DNA of 64,000 bases from Campylobacteraceae bacterium (GCA_026993075.1 JALWUQ010000034.1:275-64274); one strand, 5' to 3'; numbered from the stretch's first letter, positions 30,122 to 40,178 are shown. Notes: generated by a model not told the origin, from the letters alone. Translations and numbers: made by a program.

Positions 30122-30284
30122 CATGCTAATTCAAGTTTAAGTTTTGTTTCATTTTTTACCGGTTCTGATAGCGTTACATTTTTGTACGATGCAAAAATAG
30201 CCGTCAGCCTTTGGATTTATTGCACGGATGCAATTTTGAGAATGAGGTAAATACTGGAATAAAACTTAAAATTGAATTACCGTA
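30122..30284. mobile_element. MITE-like non-autonomous element (163 bp) with terminal inverted repeats and a 9-bp flanking duplication
   Basis: TAATTCAAGTTTAAGTTTT (30127-30145) is complementary to AAAACTTAAAATTGAATTA (30261-30279) at 18/19 positions (22/25 if extended inward). An identical CAATAAAGC occurs at 30113-30121 and 30285-30293, each exactly 5 nt outside the repeats. There is no ORF inside. Confidence 0.6.
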
Positions 30285-30310
30285 CAATAAAGCAGATTTT
30301 AAAGAATCAG

Positions 30311-31375
30311 TTATTTATTTTTATAATGCAAATATATGGAAAATATTAATAAAATTGCAATTGGCAAAATTATGCCAATATCAGGGTTAATGGTCGCATT
30401 CATTGACATTTTTACAAGCATCAGCAAGATGCCCCAGCTTACAAGTGTAATAAATATAAAAATAGAACTTACAAGTGCCAAATTAAAGAACCTATTACTT
30501 ATGGGTAAATAATAAAATAAAATTAGATTAAACAGAGGTGCAAAAAATGGGAAAACAAGGAGTGCAAAAAGAGACGCTTTTATCTTTTGAATATTTACAT
30601 TTTGAGATAAAAATAATCTGATTGCCAATAGTGCATCCACAACTGAAAAGTTACTCGTCCCTTCATAAAGATTCTCAATAATTTTTGGCTTAAACTCTTT
30701 TAAAGTCTTATAATGCTTAAAATATTCTTTAGATAATTTAGCCCCTTTTTTTAAAACAGAGGGCTTATGTATAATTTCAAGATCATTTAATATCCAATAA
30801 TTTTTTATAAAATTAGCACTTTTTGCATCTATAATAACTTTTAAATCCTTATTCTTGATTTTAAATATTTTAACGCCCAAGGCTTCTTTTTTTACAGGAT
30901 TTAATTTATCAATATAAATATAATTATTGAAATATTTTAAAAAAAGATTTGTAGAAATATTTGAAACAGAAGAATTTGTTAGAATATTATATGCATATTC
31001 TTTTGAGTATGCAAAATTTGTAAAATTAAGTGCTACATATAAGATCACAACAATAATTGAAGATAAAAAAATCGGTTTTATCAAAGCATTTTTAGAAATA
31101 CCCAAAGCATACATGGCTATAAGCTCATTACTTCTTATAATATAAAACTTTGATATTATCATAGCAAAAACCAAAGATATTGGTAAAGTAAAATTGATAG
31201 CATTTAAAAATGTATACATCGCATACAATATTTGTAAATTTGCAGAATCAGGAAGTCTTTTAAAATGCTGCATCAAATCAATACCAAGATAAAATAATTG
31301 CAGTGCTGAAAAAATAATAAAAAAATTCTTTAAAAAAATTATAGTAATATATTTTTGATATATTTTTAAGCCCAC
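30311..31375 (-). CDS. LptF/LptG-family LPS export permease
   Basis: 354 aa. YjgP/YjgQ-type topology: 3 TM segments, a periplasmic beta-domain, then 3 TM segments. GTG start. Confidence 0.7.
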   Translation of the reverse strand: MGLKIYQKYITIIFLKNFFIIFSALQLFYLGIDLMQHFKRLPDSANLQILYAMYTFLNAINFTLPISLVFAMIISKFYIIRSNELIAMYALGISKNALIKPIFLSSIIVVILYVALNFTNFAYSKEYAYNILTNSSVSNISTNLFLKYFNNYIYIDKLNPVKKEALGVKIFKIKNKDLKVIIDAKSANFIKNYWILNDLEIIHKPSVLKKGAKLSKEYFKHYKTLKEFKPKIIENLYEGTSNFSVVDALLAIRLFLSQNVNIQKIKASLFALLVFPFFAPLFNLILFYYLPISNRFFNLALVSSIFIFITLVSWGILLMLVKMSMNATINPDIGIILPIAILLIFSIYLHYKNK

Positions 31376-31376
31376 T

Positions 31377-31949
31377 TTATACCTCTGCCTTGTTGCATAA
31401 ACTTTTTCTAACTGTAAATTTTGCGGCAGTTTCGGTTATATCATTATTTAAAAGAAATAAAACAGTATCTTTTACATAACTTACTATCGTAGGCAGACAA
31501 ACACTCTCTTTCTTTGAAAAATTACTCAAAACATAATTTGCAATATCTTCTTTATTTTGTGGTTTTCCTATACCGATACGAATCCTGTCGTATCCTTTTC
31601 CATAGTGAGTATCTATTGACTTTAGCCCATTGTGTCCACCATTGCCGCCACCATGTTTTATACGAATTGAGCCAAAAGGCAACTCTATATCGTCGTGAAC
31701 AACAATAACATTTGTTATTTTATAATATTTGACAACACTTAAAACGCTAAATCCGGAATTATTCATATATGTAGTAGGTTTCAATAAAAATATATTATTT
31801 ATTTTATATAGTTGTGCATTAAAAATATTTTTATTTATCTTAAGAGGTTTCAACTCATCAACCAAACTGTCAATAACTTGAAACCCTATGTTGTGTCTAT
31901 TTTTCTTGTAGTTTTCGGTTGGATTTCCAAGACCCACAATAAGAGTCAT
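31377..31949 (-). CDS. pth: peptidyl-tRNA hydrolase
   Basis: 190 aa. LIVGLGNP..Y..NRHNIGF N-terminus and GGHNGLKS motif. Confidence 0.9.
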   Translation of the reverse strand: MTLIVGLGNPTENYKKNRHNIGFQVIDSLVDELKPLKINKNIFNAQLYKINNIFLLKPTTYMNNSGFSVLSVVKYYKITNVIVVHDDIELPFGSIRIKHGGGNGGHNGLKSIDTHYGKGYDRIRIGIGKPQNKEDIANYVLSNFSKKESVCLPTIVSYVKDTVLFLLNNDITETAAKFTVRKSLCNKAEV

Positions 31950-31950
31950 A

Positions 31951-32487
31951 TTATTTGGCTTTTATTACTCCGACAACTGCGATTCTATCAGCTTCCATCA
32001 TTCGTACATTTTCTGGTACTTTTATATCTCTTACCAATATAGATCCGCCAACGCCCAAGTCACTTACATCCAAGGTAAAATTATTTGGGATATTCTCAGG
32101 AGCACACTGCACTCTTAGTCTCTTTTTGGAAAGCATTAAAACACCTCTATCCTTAATACCCTTTGCCAAACCTACTGTTTTTACCGGAATCATAAAATTT
32201 GAAACTTTACCATTGGTAGCAATTTTTAAATCAACATGCAATAAATCATTTGTTATTGGATCTTTTTGATACTCTTGAATTGCAACACTAAACTCTTTAC
32301 CGTCAACACCAATATCAAGAAGAAGTTTTTCTTTCTTTTTAACTGCTTTTACAAATTCATTTTTTTTGAATGCAGCATTTATATTATCTGCACCTTTGCC
32401 ATAAATATTAGCAATTAGATAACCATCTCGCCTTAAAGCTTTTGTCGCCTTTTTCCCGATACTATCTCTAACTATACCTTCTAACAT
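31951..32487 (-). CDS. rplY: 50S ribosomal protein L25 / general stress protein Ctc
   Basis: 178 aa. The protein starts [29 protein letters not shown] and sits next to pth. Confidence 0.85.
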   Translation of the reverse strand: MLEGIVRDSIGKKATKALRRDGYLIANIYGKGADNINAAFKKNEFVKAVKKKEKLLLDIGVDGKEFSVAIQEYQKDPITNDLLHVDLKIATNGKVSNFMIPVKTVGLAKGIKDRGVLMLSKKRLRVQCAPENIPNNFTLDVSDLGVGGSILVRDIKVPENVRMMEADRIAVVGVIKAK

Positions 32488-32528
32488 ATTTTTCCTTTTA
32501 AAAAATTAGGGGCAAATTATATCCAAAA

Positions 32529-33698
32529 TCACCTTACTGCCTTCTTAATACCTATGCTAAATTCCGAAGACTCTCCATTTGAATCTTCAAGCATATCTAT
32601 TTGTAGTTTCAAATCATTTCTGTTAGTTGCGTTCAAATAAGCCTCTTTTTTTTCAATTATCCCCAATCGATACAAATCAAATAATGCCTGATCAAATGTT
32701 TGAGTTTTATATGTCCCCTTACCGTCTTTAATAGCATCAACTATCTCATTCTCTCTACCTTCTAATATCAAAGATTCTATTCTTGCATTTCTTACCAATA
32801 TTTCAACTGCCGCGACTCTTCCTTTGCCAACTTTTTTTACCAATCTTTGGGATAATACCCCTTGTAAAACCGATGCTAATGAAAGTTTTATTCTGTTTTG
32901 CTCGTTTCCAGGAAACATATTTATAAGCCTGTTAATTGTCTCTTTCGCATCCATGGTATGAAGTGTTGAAAGCACTAGGTGTCCAGTTTCAGCCGCATGA
33001 ATAGCTGTTTCAATGGTTTCCATATCTCTAAGTTCACCAACTAGTATGATATCAGGATCTTCTCTTAAAGCTGCTCTTAAAGCATCTGAAAAGTTAAGTG
33101 CGTCCTGACCTATCGCCCTTTGATTTACTATACATTTTTGATCTTTAAATATAAACTCAATTGGATCTTCAATAGTAATAATATGTTTGCTTCTTCTATG
33201 GTTTATCTCATTAATCATTGATGCAAGAGTTGTTGTTTTGCCACTTCCAGTAGGTCCGGTAACCAAAACAAGACCTCTGTTTAATGAGCAAAAATCATAT
33301 ATAACATTAGGTAGTCTTAATGATTTTACAGAAGGTATTTTAGCTGGAATTGTCCTGAAAACACAGGAAACTCCATCCATTTGAAAAAATATATTAGCTC
33401 TAAAATTATAATTATCATTTAATTTGAAGGTAAAATCAACACTTTTTTGCTTTACTAACTCACCAAACCTGCTTCTTAAGAGTTCTTTAACCAAAATCAA
33501 ACTATCTTCTTTTGAAATTATGTCATTTGAAATTTCTACAATATCTCCAAAGATTCTGCCTTTTACAGTAGCTCCGGATTTGATATGCAAATCACTGCCT
33601 TTTCTCTCTACAAGTTTTGCGAGATATACTTTTAACCTCTTAGTCATCTCAAAAGTCAGACTTCTTACATCAACTTCTGTATTTAGCATACTATTCAT
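32529..33698 (-). CDS. pilT: PilT/PilU-family hexameric secretion/retraction ATPase
   Basis: 389 aa. Walker [11 protein letters not shown], Asp box ITIEDPIEF, Walker B ILVGELRD, His box GHLVLSTLHT. Confidence 0.7.
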   Translation of the reverse strand: MNSMLNTEVDVRSLTFEMTKRLKVYLAKLVERKGSDLHIKSGATVKGRIFGDIVEISNDIISKEDSLILVKELLRSRFGELVKQKSVDFTFKLNDNYNFRANIFFQMDGVSCVFRTIPAKIPSVKSLRLPNVIYDFCSLNRGLVLVTGPTGSGKTTTLASMINEINHRRSKHIITIEDPIEFIFKDQKCIVNQRAIGQDALNFSDALRAALREDPDIILVGELRDMETIETAIHAAETGHLVLSTLHTMDAKETINRLINMFPGNEQNRIKLSLASVLQGVLSQRLVKKVGKGRVAAVEILVRNARIESLILEGRENEIVDAIKDGKGTYKTQTFDQALFDLYRLGIIEKKEAYLNATNRNDLKLQIDMLEDSNGESSEFSIGIKKAVR

Positions 33699-33703
33699 AT
33701 CTA

Positions 33704-34702
33704 CTACCCCAACTCTTCAAGTATTTCTTCAAAGGCTATTTTGAAAGCCTCAAGTCCTTCGTTTATCAATTCATCATAAACCTTATCCATATCTATACCC
33801 TGTTCTTTCAAAGCAAGGAAATAATCATCGATTGTACTGTTTTGTAAAATATTTTTAGGTGTAAAATTTTTATTTTTAATAAATGCATCTATTGTTGATA
33901 AAGGAGCTGTATTTATACTATTTGGATATAAAAGTTCCTGAATATAATAATCTTTTGGTAAATCCCCACCTTTTACACCCGTGCTTGCAAAAAGAGTTCT
34001 TACATTTATCAAATTAGAAGCTTCTATCATGTTGTAAATCTTAGAAGCATTATATATACCGCTCAAAGATGTTTTTATATTTTTTTGTATTAAAGAATTA
34101 TCTAATTTTCTATCAAATCTGCTAACAAATACACTTATAACAGCTTGTGGAAAATCAACAAATTCAGCAATTTTCTGTTGTCCTCTTTGAATGGCCTGCA
34201 GTGATAATTTTGCCTGAGTAGGTGAAAAAACCAAAGTTACATTCACATTAATTCCACTGCTGAGCAATTCTTCTATAACTTCATATCCAGCCTCAGTAGC
34301 AGGTACTTTTATCATTACATTTTTACTATTTATTTTTTCAAAAAGTCTTTTTCCTTCTTCAATGCTACCCTTTGCATCATCACAAAGTCTAGGATCTATC
34401 TCAATACTTATAAAACCATCATCATTTCTTTCAAAAAGTGGCATAAGTATTTTAGATGCTTCATTTATATCTTCGCATGCCAACTCTTCATAAATTTCTT
34501 TAGGAGTTTTTCCTTTTAATTTTTTTATATCTTCTTTATAAAAACTTGAAGTAAGTATTGAAGATTTGAAAATAGCAGGATTGCTTGTGGCTCCATTTAC
34601 TATCTTTTTTTCTACCAATTTTCTAAAATCATTTTGCAAAAATCCTCTCTCTACAAAATCACACCATAATGAAAATCCAATTTTATCTAAAAACATAACC
34701 AT
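33704..34702 (-). CDS. tal: transaldolase
   Basis: 332 aa. NGATSNPAIF motif and the active-site region MIKVPAT. Confidence 0.85.
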   Translation of the reverse strand: MVMFLDKIGFSLWCDFVERGFLQNDFRKLVEKKIVNGATSNPAIFKSSILTSSFYKEDIKKLKGKTPKEIYEELACEDINEASKILMPLFERNDDGFISIEIDPRLCDDAKGSIEEGKRLFEKINSKNVMIKVPATEAGYEVIEELLSSGINVNVTLVFSPTQAKLSLQAIQRGQQKIAEFVDFPQAVISVFVSRFDRKLDNSLIQKNIKTSLSGIYNASKIYNMIEASNLINVRTLFASTGVKGGDLPKDYYIQELLYPNSINTAPLSTIDAFIKNKNFTPKNILQNSTIDDYFLALKEQGIDMDKVYDELINEGLEAFKIAFEEILEELG

Positions 34703-34704
34703 CC

Positions 34705-35325
34705 TTATAAATACTTGCCAAGCAAATTCAAATCTTTTGAATTTATAATTATATTTGCCTCTTTTTTAAGCACCTCATTTGCACAAAATGCAACTTTTTG
34801 TTTTGCATATTGAAACATTGATAAATCATTTGCCCCATCACCTACTACAATCGTATCACTATATGAGATATTAAGTAGTATTTGAATTTTTTGAAGCATA
34901 TCTCCCTTGCTAAATCCAAACATCATATCTCCGCCGACCAATCCGCTTAATTTTCCATCTGTTGAATGAAGAATATTTGAAAAAGAGGCATCGTACTCTA
35001 AAATATTTTTAGCATGATTTGTGGCATTTATAAATCCGCCGCTAAAAACCACTACTTTATAATTCTTACTTTTTAATTTGGCAATTATTTCTTTTGCACC
35101 ATTTGTATAAGGCAAATTACGACAAATTTCATTTACTTTTTCAACATCCATTCCCTTCAACAGAGAAACTCTTTCCCTTAAACTTTCAAAAAAATCAATC
35201 TCACCGGCCATCGCTCTTTTTGTTATGATAGCAACTTCTTTTTTTACTCCGGCTTCAGTAGCTAAGAAATCTATAGTTTCCCCATCCATTAAAGTAGAAT
35301 CAAAATCAAATACACAAAGTTTCAT
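34705..35325 (-). CDS. serB: phosphoserine phosphatase (HAD family)
   Basis: HAD motifs FDFDSTL, SGGF, GDGAND. I prefer the ATG at 35325 (MKLCVFDFD.., AAAGGTG RBS) over the GTG at 35331. Confidence 0.8.
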   Translation of the reverse strand: MKLCVFDFDSTLMDGETIDFLATEAGVKKEVAIITKRAMAGEIDFFESLRERVSLLKGMDVEKVNEICRNLPYTNGAKEIIAKLKSKNYKVVVFSGGFINATNHAKNILEYDASFSNILHSTDGKLSGLVGGDMMFGFSKGDMLQKIQILLNISYSDTIVVGDGANDLSMFQYAKQKVAFCANEVLKKEANIIINSKDLNLLGKYL

Positions 35326-35341
35326 ACACACCTTTCATGAA

Positions 35342-35388
35342 ACTTGTTGCGATATAAGGATATGACATATCCTTATATCGCAACAAGT
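35342..35388. repeat. perfect 47-nt palindrome (23-nt arms) in the serB / metF-like divergent region
   Basis: ACTTGTTGCGATATAAGGATATG-A-CATATCCTTATATCGCAACAAGT, followed on the + strand by CTATTTTTTAT. Confidence 0.8.
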
Positions 35389-35464
35389 CTATTTTTTATG
35401 GATATTTGTACTGTTATGATATAATACAAAAAAAAATGTAATAAACCAATTAAAGGTATTATCA

Positions 35465-36385
35465 ATGATTGAAAAGTTTATCAATAAGTTACAAAATCAA
35501 AAGTTTTTAACACTTGAAGTCACACCTCCTCATTCACCTAACTTCACAAGCATAGTAGAATCCATTAAAAATCTTAAGTTAAATGATATGGTGGATGGAT
35601 TTAGTACTACTGATAATCCTTTGGCAAGGTTAAAATATAGTTCATTATTTTCAGCTTTAAAACTACAACAATCTTTTCAAAAACCTTGCATCACAACAAT
35701 GAGTATGAGAGATAGGAATAAGATAGCATTACAATCAGATATGTTAGGCATGAATGAATATGATTTAAGGGTCATTCTTGCTTTAACAGGAGATCCAGCA
35801 AGAATAAGCGACCAACCAAATGCAAAAGCTGTTAATGAAGGAAGAAGTACACTTTTGCTTGATATGATAAAATGCTACAATTCCGGTATAGATTATGCAG
35901 GCAAACCATTTACAGAAGCATTAAAGACTATCTATCCATTTGCAGTTACAAATGCTTATGCAAAAAATAAAAAAACTATTTACAAAAATATCCTCACAAA
36001 GTTAAATCATGGTGCAATTGCCATCATCACGCAACCTGTATATGACATAGAAAACGCAAAAATGCTTATAGAATTATTTGAAGAAGCGAAAAAGGAATTA
36101 AATTTTCTTGATGTAAATCCCATTCTTGTATTTGGATTTTTTCCTATCACAAAGTTAAGAACAGCTCAGTTTTTATCATCTCATGTTCCAGGCATTCATG
36201 TACCCTCTTCATGGATGAAAAAATTGCTTTTGGCCAAAGAAGTATCTGAGACACAAGAGATAAAAGTAGGAATGGATTTAAGCCAAAAAGCTTTTAAAGA
36301 TTTATATACATTTCATCCTAAGATTCATTTTATGGCAGCAAATCATTTTAATATTGTTAAAGAGATTCTAAAAGTCTCTCTTTAA
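35465..36385 (+). CDS. metF: methylenetetrahydrofolate reductase-like protein
   Basis: 306 aa. The MTHFR-family pattern LEVTPP..TTDNPLA..LTGDP is present. The assignment is by resemblance only. Confidence 0.55.
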   Translation: MIEKFINKLQNQKFLTLEVTPPHSPNFTSIVESIKNLKLNDMVDGFSTTDNPLARLKYSSLFSALKLQQSFQKPCITTMSMRDRNKIALQSDMLGMNEYDLRVILALTGDPARISDQPNAKAVNEGRSTLLLDMIKCYNSGIDYAGKPFTEALKTIYPFAVTNAYAKNKKTIYKNILTKLNHGAIAIITQPVYDIENAKMLIELFEEAKKELNFLDVNPILVFGFFPITKLRTAQFLSSHVPGIHVPSSWMKKLLLAKEVSETQEIKVGMDLSQKAFKDLYTFHPKIHFMAANHFNIVKEILKVSL

Positions 36386-36874
36386 CAAAGCATTTACATT
36401 TAGTATTGTCACGATAGATTCCTCCATTTTTCCAATAGCAGATATCAAATTGCTACTGTCTTCTTCTTTATGAAATGTTACAGGAGGCATTTCTATATCA
36501 TCTTGTTTAATTCTAATAGCTTGAGTAAGCTTGTCTATAACAAATCCAGCTTCGCTGTTTTCTGCTTTTATAACAATATATCTTGTATCTTCAGTTTGCA
36601 AGATAGAAGAAAGACCAAATTTTCTTCTTAAATCTATCAATGGCAAGATGCTTCCTCTTAGATTAAAGACCCCTAATACATAATCAGGCACACTTGGTAC
36701 TTTTGTATATTCAATTGGCTTGATAATTTCTTGAATATTTAAAATTGGTACTGCCAATTCCTCATCACCTATAATAAAACCTACAAGTTGCATTATCTCT
36801 TCAGACTTTTTCTGCATACTTTCTTCTTGTTGTTTTTGCTGTTTTTGTAAAATTGATTGTAGTTTTTCACTCAT
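36368..36874 (-). CDS. cheW: chemotaxis coupling protein CheW
   Basis: 168 aa. It consists of a single CheW-like domain (VPDYVLGVFNLRGSILPLIDLR) and follows cheA. Confidence 0.88.
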   Translation of the reverse strand: MSEKLQSILQKQQKQQEESMQKKSEEIMQLVGFIIGDEELAVPILNIQEIIKPIEYTKVPSVPDYVLGVFNLRGSILPLIDLRRKFGLSSILQTEDTRYIVIKAENSEAGFVIDKLTQAIRIKQDDIEMPPVTFHKEEDSSNLISAIGKMEESIVTILNVNALLKRDF

Positions 36875-36877
36875 GTT

Positions 36878-39190
36878 TTACTCCATTGGTAGTTTTAAAT
36901 TCTTTTTAACTACATTTGCCAAATATTCCAGCGAATACGGTTTTGTAATATACTCTGTCATTCCCACTTCAACACCTCTCATTCTATCTGATTTTGATGT
37001 TCTTGAAGTAACTGCTATAAGAGGAAGATATTTGTATCTTGAATATTTTCTAATTTCACCTGCAAGCGTATAACCATCCATTCTCGGCATTTCTATATCT
37101 ATTAAAATCGCATTAAAATTTGTATCAGATGATTTGATAAGTTGTAGAGCTTCTACTCCATTTGTAGCCTCTGTTATTGATATACCCAAAGGTTTTAATG
37201 CTTTTTGCATTATAGTTCTATCGGTTTTACTATCATCTACTATCAATACTTGATAATCCTTTGCATCTTTTTTTACACTACCAAGTTCTTCTTTATTACT
37301 TAATTTTTTTATTCCACTTTTTGTATCTCTTGCCAACTCCATTAAAGCTCCGACATCGATTATAAGCGTAACTCTTCCATCTCCTCTTATAGTTGCACCA
37401 GCAATTCCTTTGATTCCTTTGAGGTAATCGCCTAAAGATTTAATAACAATTTCCTCTTGCCCTACCAATGTATCTACAACGACACCAAGTTTCGAGTCAG
37501 CTAATGCAATGACAACGATATAGAGATTTTCACCACTGTCAAAAACTTCTTCGATATCAAAAACATCAGAGAGTCTAACCAATGGAAGTATTTCTTCCCT
37601 GAGTCTTAATACATCTTTACCCTCAATAGAATATATATCCTCAGCCGGAACTCTGACAGTTTCAAGCACAGATGATAAAGGAATGGCAAAATATTCTTCT
37701 TGTGTTCCTACTAAGAGTGCTTGAATTATAGCAAGAGTTAAAGGAATTTTCAATCTTATTATAGTTCCTTTTCCAAGTTCACTGTCTATATCTATAATCC
37801 CATTTAACTTCTCAATATTGGTTTTGACAACATCCATACCTACACCACGACCTGAAACATTAGTAACAGATGAGGCCGTTGAAAATCCTGGTTTAAAAAT
37901 AAGAGAAAAGATTTCTTTTTCACTCATATTGTCAGCTTCTCTTTCTGTTATAATTCCCTTTTCAAGTGACTTCTCTACAAGCATATTAGTATCCAAGCCT
38001 TTGCCATCATCAACGATTTCAATTACGATTGCGTTTCCTTCGTTGTATGCTTTAAGCTCAATAGTTCCATTTTCAGGTTTACCTGCTTTTTCTCTGTCTT
38101 TTGGATCTTCTATACCATGATCACACGAATTTCTTATGATATGAACCAGTGGATCTCCTATCTCTTCTATAATTGATTTATCAAGTTCAGTTTCTTCACC
38201 TGAAATTTTTAAATCTATGTTTTTATGTAATTCTCTTGAGAGATCCCTTACCATTCTTGGAAATTTGTTAAATACCTTGGCAACAGGTAACATTCTTGTT
38301 TTCATAACTGCGATTTGAAGGTCTGTTGTAACAAGAGATACAGAAGAAACAACCTGATTAAGCTCTTCTAAAAACTTTTCTCCCTCATATCTTTCTTCTA
38401 CATCATCATATATTTTTAATAATCTATTTTTGCCAAGAACTAATTCACCTATTAGATTCATAAGATGATCCAGTCTTTTAACTTCAACTCTTATAGTTTG
38501 TTCCAAAGTACTGCTGCTTGATTTTTTAACAGGTGCTGTATTTTCTTTTGGCTTTATTTTCTTTTTTTGAAAATCTTTTGGTTTATTTGAAGATTGCTCT
38601 TTTTCTTTTTTTTGATTTTCTTCCGTAGTTTCATTTGGTTTAGTTTGTTTTTTCTTTTTTTTCTCGTCTCTTTTTTCTTGCAAAAGCCTCTCTATCTCAG
38701 CTTCTACATCTTCATCACTCATATCAGAATAATCCTCTTGCAACTCTTCTTCTTGAGGTTTAGTCTCTTCTTTTTCTTCTGATGACTCTTTTATATCTTC
38801 TCCCTTGGATATTGCATCAAGTTTTGCACATGTTGGGGCTATATTTATATCTGCATTATTATCATTGCCTGTATCTCTGACACTAAAAAGCAATGCTTTC
38901 ATCAAATCAATAGATTCTAAAACTGTATCCATAATTTGAGGAGTTAAAGTAATTTCACTTTTTCTTGCTTTATTTAATACATCTTCCATATGATGGGTTA
39001 ACTCTGTTAAAACATCAAGATTTAAAAAAGAACTTGATCCTTTTATCGTATGGGCAACTCTAAATATACTATTTAATAATTCTAAATCTTCAGGATTATT
39101 TTCAAGTTCCACCAAATCTTGATCTAATTGTTCAATTAATTCAAAAGCTTCTATTAAAAAATCTTCTAAAATTTCCTGCATATCATCCAT
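36878..39190 (-). CDS. cheA: chemotaxis histidine kinase CheA with C-terminal receiver domain (CheAY)
   Basis: 770 aa. It has an Hpt domain (FRVAHTIKGSS) and an acidic/basic linker. These are followed by the dimerisation and HATPase domains (GRGVGMDVV), a CheW-like domain and REC (LIVDDS..DIEMPRMDG). Confidence 0.92.
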   Translation of the reverse strand: MDDMQEILEDFLIEAFELIEQLDQDLVELENNPEDLELLNSIFRVAHTIKGSSSFLNLDVLTELTHHMEDVLNKARKSEITLTPQIMDTVLESIDLMKALLFSVRDTGNDNNADINIAPTCAKLDAISKGEDIKESSEEKEETKPQEEELQEDYSDMSDEDVEAEIERLLQEKRDEKKKKKQTKPNETTEENQKKEKEQSSNKPKDFQKKKIKPKENTAPVKKSSSSTLEQTIRVEVKRLDHLMNLIGELVLGKNRLLKIYDDVEERYEGEKFLEELNQVVSSVSLVTTDLQIAVMKTRMLPVAKVFNKFPRMVRDLSRELHKNIDLKISGEETELDKSIIEEIGDPLVHIIRNSCDHGIEDPKDREKAGKPENGTIELKAYNEGNAIVIEIVDDGKGLDTNMLVEKSLEKGIITEREADNMSEKEIFSLIFKPGFSTASSVTNVSGRGVGMDVVKTNIEKLNGIIDIDSELGKGTIIRLKIPLTLAIIQALLVGTQEEYFAIPLSSVLETVRVPAEDIYSIEGKDVLRLREEILPLVRLSDVFDIEEVFDSGENLYIVVIALADSKLGVVVDTLVGQEEIVIKSLGDYLKGIKGIAGATIRGDGRVTLIIDVGALMELARDTKSGIKKLSNKEELGSVKKDAKDYQVLIVDDSKTDRTIMQKALKPLGISITEATNGVEALQLIKSSDTNFNAILIDIEMPRMDGYTLAGEIRKYSRYKYLPLIAVTSRTSKSDRMRGVEVGMTEYITKPYSLEYLANVVKKNLKLPME

Positions 39191-40146
39191 TATTTTTCCT
39201 TGTTGATATTTATATGAGATTTTATAACACGAGATATTTCACTGTAAAACTCTGGGGCATCAAATTTGGTAAGATAAGCCTCTCCTCCTGCTTCTTTTCC
39301 TCTTAGCTCACTAAAGTGATCACTTATTGAAGAATTGAAAATAAGCGGTATACTTGAGAATCTGCTATCATCTTTTAATTTTGCAGCAAAATGAAATCCA
39401 TCCATTTGTGGCATTTCAACATCACTTATTATTATCTTTAACTCTTTGGTAATTTCATCACCATATACATTGTATAATTCTTCAAGTTTTTCCAAAGCAT
39501 TTACACCATCTTTTGCTTCTATCGGCTTCATACCCATTTTAGTCAGTGCATCTTTCATTAATTTTCTAGCAGTTGTACTGTCATCTACTATAAGTGCCAT
39601 GCCACCAAGTTTTTCTATCAAATTATCTTCAATATCGATATTTGGCTCATAAATACCGAGTTCTTCCATTATAGTTTCCAAATCCAAAATCAATAAAACT
39701 TCATCATTTTCTATCCTTGTTACTCCTGTAATTTGAGCTTTATCCAAAACCCCACTTCCCATAGAAAAACTGGCTGATTCTATATCTTTCCAACTTATTC
39801 GTCTAATTCTTTTTGCTTCATGAACTATAAAGCCTATCAACATGCCATTGAATTCGGCTATTAAAATTCTTGGCTTTATACTTGCACTCTCGGGAACTTC
39901 TATTTTCATCCACTTGGCAAGATTTATAACCGGTATAACAACACCTCTAAGATCAAAAATACCCTCTACAAAAGATGGAACATTTGGAATTTCAGTGATA
40001 TTTGGTAACTTTATAATTTCTCTCACTTTTACGACATTTACACCATAAATGCCCTCATATATTTTATCACCATCTTTTTTAAATATACGAAAATCTACAA
40101 GTTCCATTTCATTTGAACCAACCTGCAGCACATCTTGTTTTTTCAT
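39190..40146 (-). CDS. cheV: chemotaxis protein CheV (CheW-like + receiver)
   Basis: 318 aa. N-terminal CheW-like domain, C-terminal REC (LIVDDSTT..DVEMPQMDG). Confidence 0.9.
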   Translation of the reverse strand: MKKQDVLQVGSNEMELVDFRIFKKDGDKIYEGIYGVNVVKVREIIKLPNITEIPNVPSFVEGIFDLRGVVIPVINLAKWMKIEVPESASIKPRILIAEFNGMLIGFIVHEAKRIRRISWKDIESASFSMGSGVLDKAQITGVTRIENDEVLLILDLETIMEELGIYEPNIDIEDNLIEKLGGMALIVDDSTTARKLMKDALTKMGMKPIEAKDGVNALEKLEELYNVYGDEITKELKIIISDVEMPQMDGFHFAAKLKDDSRFSSIPLIFNSSISDHFSELRGKEAGGEAYLTKFDAPEFYSEISRVIKSHININKEK

Positions 40147-40178
40147 CAGACAATCTCCTTTTGAAGATATTTAACTTT

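Noticed and set aside
30050-30310. Lysine (L-box) riboswitch upstream of lysA.
   Set aside because: The structured region lies upstream of the lysA TGGTATAAT box (30076-30084), so it would not be in the lysA leader. I could not find L-box conserved segments on the minus strand. The TIR plus 9-bp duplication explains the structure better.
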